DNA from: Longivirga aurantiaca
Lineage (GTDB): Bacteria > Actinomycetota > Actinomycetes > S36-B12 > CAIYMF01
Assembly (NCBI RefSeq): GCF_042660085.1
Contig: NZ_JBHSTI010000051.1
Location: 3,089 to 35,088 of the forward strand
DNA: 32,000 nt
Direction of reading: 5' to 3'
Position 1 is the first letter of the stretch, and every line of letters starts with the position of its first letter. Below, piece by piece: positions 31,911 through 32,000 of this stretch. Under the pieces are notes generated by a model. That model did no database searches. It was not told the origin of the DNA and saw only the letters and a program-made list of their open reading frames with translations. A program made the translations under genes and the position numbers.

Positions 31911-32000
31911 GTTCGCACGTCCGGTCGGCCTGCGGTCGGGTTGCCCCGACCGCGAGGTCGACCTTCTGTGCAGCCGTGCGTCCGTCGGACCTCGTCGCGT

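Noticed and set aside
1-32000. Scan for tRNA/rRNA genes, CRISPR arrays, IS elements/transposases, integrases, and toxin-antitoxin or restriction-modification genes
   Set aside because: I saw no regularly spaced repeat array, no cloverleaf-like or rRNA-like conserved sequence, and no ORF with DDE, tyrosine- or serine-recombinase or other mobile-element motifs. This was a by-eye search only, so small RNAs could have been missed.

Overview
By eye this is a very GC-rich actinobacterial-type chromosomal segment; GC content was not computed. It has about 29 supportable CDS, and most of the long six-frame ORFs are GC artefacts. I found no tRNA, rRNA, CRISPR array, transposase or integrase.

Layout:
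- (1) 5'-truncated SulP/STAS anion permease.
- (2) A translationally coupled padR + membrane-protein cassette on the minus strand. It is bracketed by ~135-bp direct repeats that duplicate the sulP stop codon, a long terminator hairpin and the last ~16 codons of the neighbouring SDR gene.
- (3) A four-gene minus-strand sugar-acid-type operon: SMP-30 lactonase, FAH-family hydrolase, Zn-ADH, SDR.
- (4) A PAP2 phosphatase coupled to a DAG-kinase-family lipid kinase, followed by a small membrane protein.
- (5) A complete respiratory nitrate reductase locus. narGHJI is preceded, at a 1-nt gap, by a three-cysteine wHTH regulator. It diverges across a 196-bp AT-enriched control region from narK-narK2, a small DUF2249-like gene and moeA. 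A second DUF2249-like paralog lies convergent to narI. Both paralogs carry an N-terminal four-cysteine Cys/Gly motif.
- (6) A wHTH-P-loop(NB-ARC-like)-helical-repeat STAND-type regulator lacking a BTAD.
- (7) Homocysteine S-methyltransferase-family gene, then MarR divergent from VOC and alpha/beta hydrolase genes, then a small 3-TM protein.
- (8) A CUT1-type sugar ABC importer (lipoprotein SBP + two permeases) with no ATPase or regulator in the window.
- (9) A Ddn-like deazaflavin-dependent reductase and a small CxxC protein.

The most interesting candidate is the pair of Cys4-DUF2249-like proteins bracketing the nar/moeA locus, taken together with the operon-embedded Cys3 regulator and the adjacent STAND regulator. 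All homology calls rest on motif recognition by eye; no database search was possible.
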